Source: Macrostomum lignano (lineage: Eukaryota). From it: a stretch of 64,000 nt of DNA. Where the stretch lies: contig NIVC01001009.1 in assembly GCA_002269645.1 (NCBI GenBank), forward strand, positions 215,402-279,401, written 5' to 3'. Below, piece by piece: positions 62,245 to 64,000 of the stretch. A program made the position numbers and the translations under genes. Position 1 is the first letter of the stretch, and every line of letters starts with the position of its first letter. Below the pieces are notes generated by a model. The model ran no database searches and was not told where the DNA came from. It saw only the letters and a list, made by a program, of their open reading frames with translations.

Positions 62245-63129
62245 GCTTCATTGCGCAATTTCGGTCTTGCATGAAGTTTCAACCTTGTTAAAGTCATTGA
62301 AATCTTTAATTTGTTTTAGCAGATATTTCTACTAACAAGTAGAGCATTCGTGTATTGCAGTATAAAATATCGAAACTGTAGTTCCGTTCTGCAACATGCA
62401 CATAAGAGAGCAATAAAAATTCTAGACTGAAGACATGATTTACAACCCCCAGCTGAGAATAATAACGAGTCAGAGAGGGATACTTCATACTGCAGTTTCC
62501 CGTGACGTGGAATTCGGGACTCAAGTTGCAGGAAACATGAGCCCTGCTTGAGCTGTGCAGCTTCGACTCGACTCGAAAGAAATATGATAATCTATGAATT
62601 TTGCCAGAGCTGCAGCACAGAACTTCAACATGGGGCTTCGTTTTTGGCTGAGTGCTCTGTGAGCACAAGTCCCAGTGAGTCTGTGTTTGTCTCCATTTTT
62701 CCTGATTTTATTGCTCAAGCTCACCTTGTATGGCCTTTGCTATTTGATTCTCAATTTTTTTCTCCTTTGATCAAATGCAAAAATCTGTCTTTTGATCCTT
62801 GAAATAGCATTCTATTCAGCTAATTACACGAAGCTATATGGTAAGCTTTTATCAGTTGATAGATTTTTTCTGTCTAGGTAGCTGCTTTTTACTTAAAACT
62901 TCAGTCATTACCAAATGGCCTAAAATTCAAGATTAGTTTAGCTCGTATCTAGATGCACTTTAAGCTTCTGATTATCTCTTTCCTCTTGTGATATTCTGAT
63001 TAGATCACATTGGATCACTTGATCGCGATCGAATAACCTGAGTGAACATGATTGGATCAGCTAGAAGATAATGAATTTACCATTTGATTGATTCGTATGC
63101 CAAAAGAACTTGGTTAGATCACCTGAGGT

Positions 63130-63950
63130 GATGATTAGATAGCTTGAATAATGATGATTAGATAGATTGAAAAATTATGATTAGGTACGATTGAAAGATA
63201 TTGATTAGGTAATCTGAAAAATGATGATTAGAAAAGCTGAAAGATAAGGATTAGATAGCTCGAAAGATGATGATTAGATAGCACCAAAGATGATTAGATA
63301 TCCTGAAAGATGATGATTGGATATTCTGAAAGATGATTAGATAGCTCGAAAGATGATGATTAGATAGCACCAAAGATGATTAGATATCCTGAAAGATGAT
63401 GATTGGATATTCTGAAAGATGATTAGATAGCTCGAAAGATGATGATTAGATAGCACCAAAGATGATTAGATATCCTGAAAGATGATGATTGGATATTCTG
63501 AAAGATGATTATATAGCTCGAAAGATGATGATTAGATAAGCTCCAAAGATGACTAGATATCCTGAAAGATGATGATTGGATATTCTGAAAGATGATTAGA
63601 TAGCTCGAAAGATGATGATTAGATAGCACCAAAGATGATTAGATATCCTGAAAGATGATGATTGGATATTCTGAAAGATGATTATATAGCTCGAAAGATG
63701 ATGATTAGATAAGCTCCAAAGATGACTAGATATCCTGAAAGATGATGATTGGATATTCTGAAAGATGATTATATAGCTCGAAAGATGATGATTGGATATT
63801 CTGAAAGATGATTATATTAGCTCGAAAGATGATGATTAGATAAGCTCCAAAGATGACTAGATATCCTGAAAGATGATGATTGGATATTCTGAAAGATGAT
63901 GATTAGATAGCGCGAAAGATAATGATTAGATAGCCTGAAATATGATGATT
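63130..63950. repeat. 22-25-bp minisatellite with higher-order ~70-bp period (GATGATGATTAGATAGCTCGAAA)
   Basis: Tandem array at the window end. Confidence 0.93.
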
Positions 63951-64000
63951 AGCGGCAAATAACCTGTATAGTTTGTCAGTGTATCATGGAGCTACCATAG

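Noticed and set aside
60486-62802. Possible small exons or signal-peptide ORFs (MDRAASALVL..., MLMLLLLFALS...) and ORFs 62306-62802
   Set aside because: I could not assemble a consistent in-phase gene model or recognise a domain on either strand.

Overview
Repeat-rich metazoan genomic DNA. GT-AG introns are filled with mini/microsatellites, exons are GC-rich, and ciliary genes plus a TTAGGG remnant are present; the style suggests a free-living flatworm such as Macrostomum (inference only). Host genes: CCDC166 (intronless, -), a 5-exon KLHL5-like BTB-BACK-Kelch gene with a coiled-like Ly6 gene nested in intron 1, a BCAR3/SH2D3-like RasGEF-domain gene, an unidentified minus-strand gene, and IFT27. 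Mobile DNA: the 5' part of a young R1/LOA-type LINE, two hAT-family elements with 8-bp TSDs, a decayed mariner, MITE-like inverted repeats and a tRNA-derived SINE head. The standout is an 8.8-kb near-perfect palindrome (9691-18512) with two ~4.37-kb inverted arms, a 75-bp hairpin-rich tip, ACTACT...AGTAGT ends and a 6-bp TSD (TCAGGC), and no recognisable enzyme gene. A second theme is a recurrent CpA->TpA (TG->TA) mutation signature in repeats, reminiscent of fungal RIP, including one-strand G->A clusters at both ends of one palindrome arm. All protein identifications are from memory of family motifs, not from searches.
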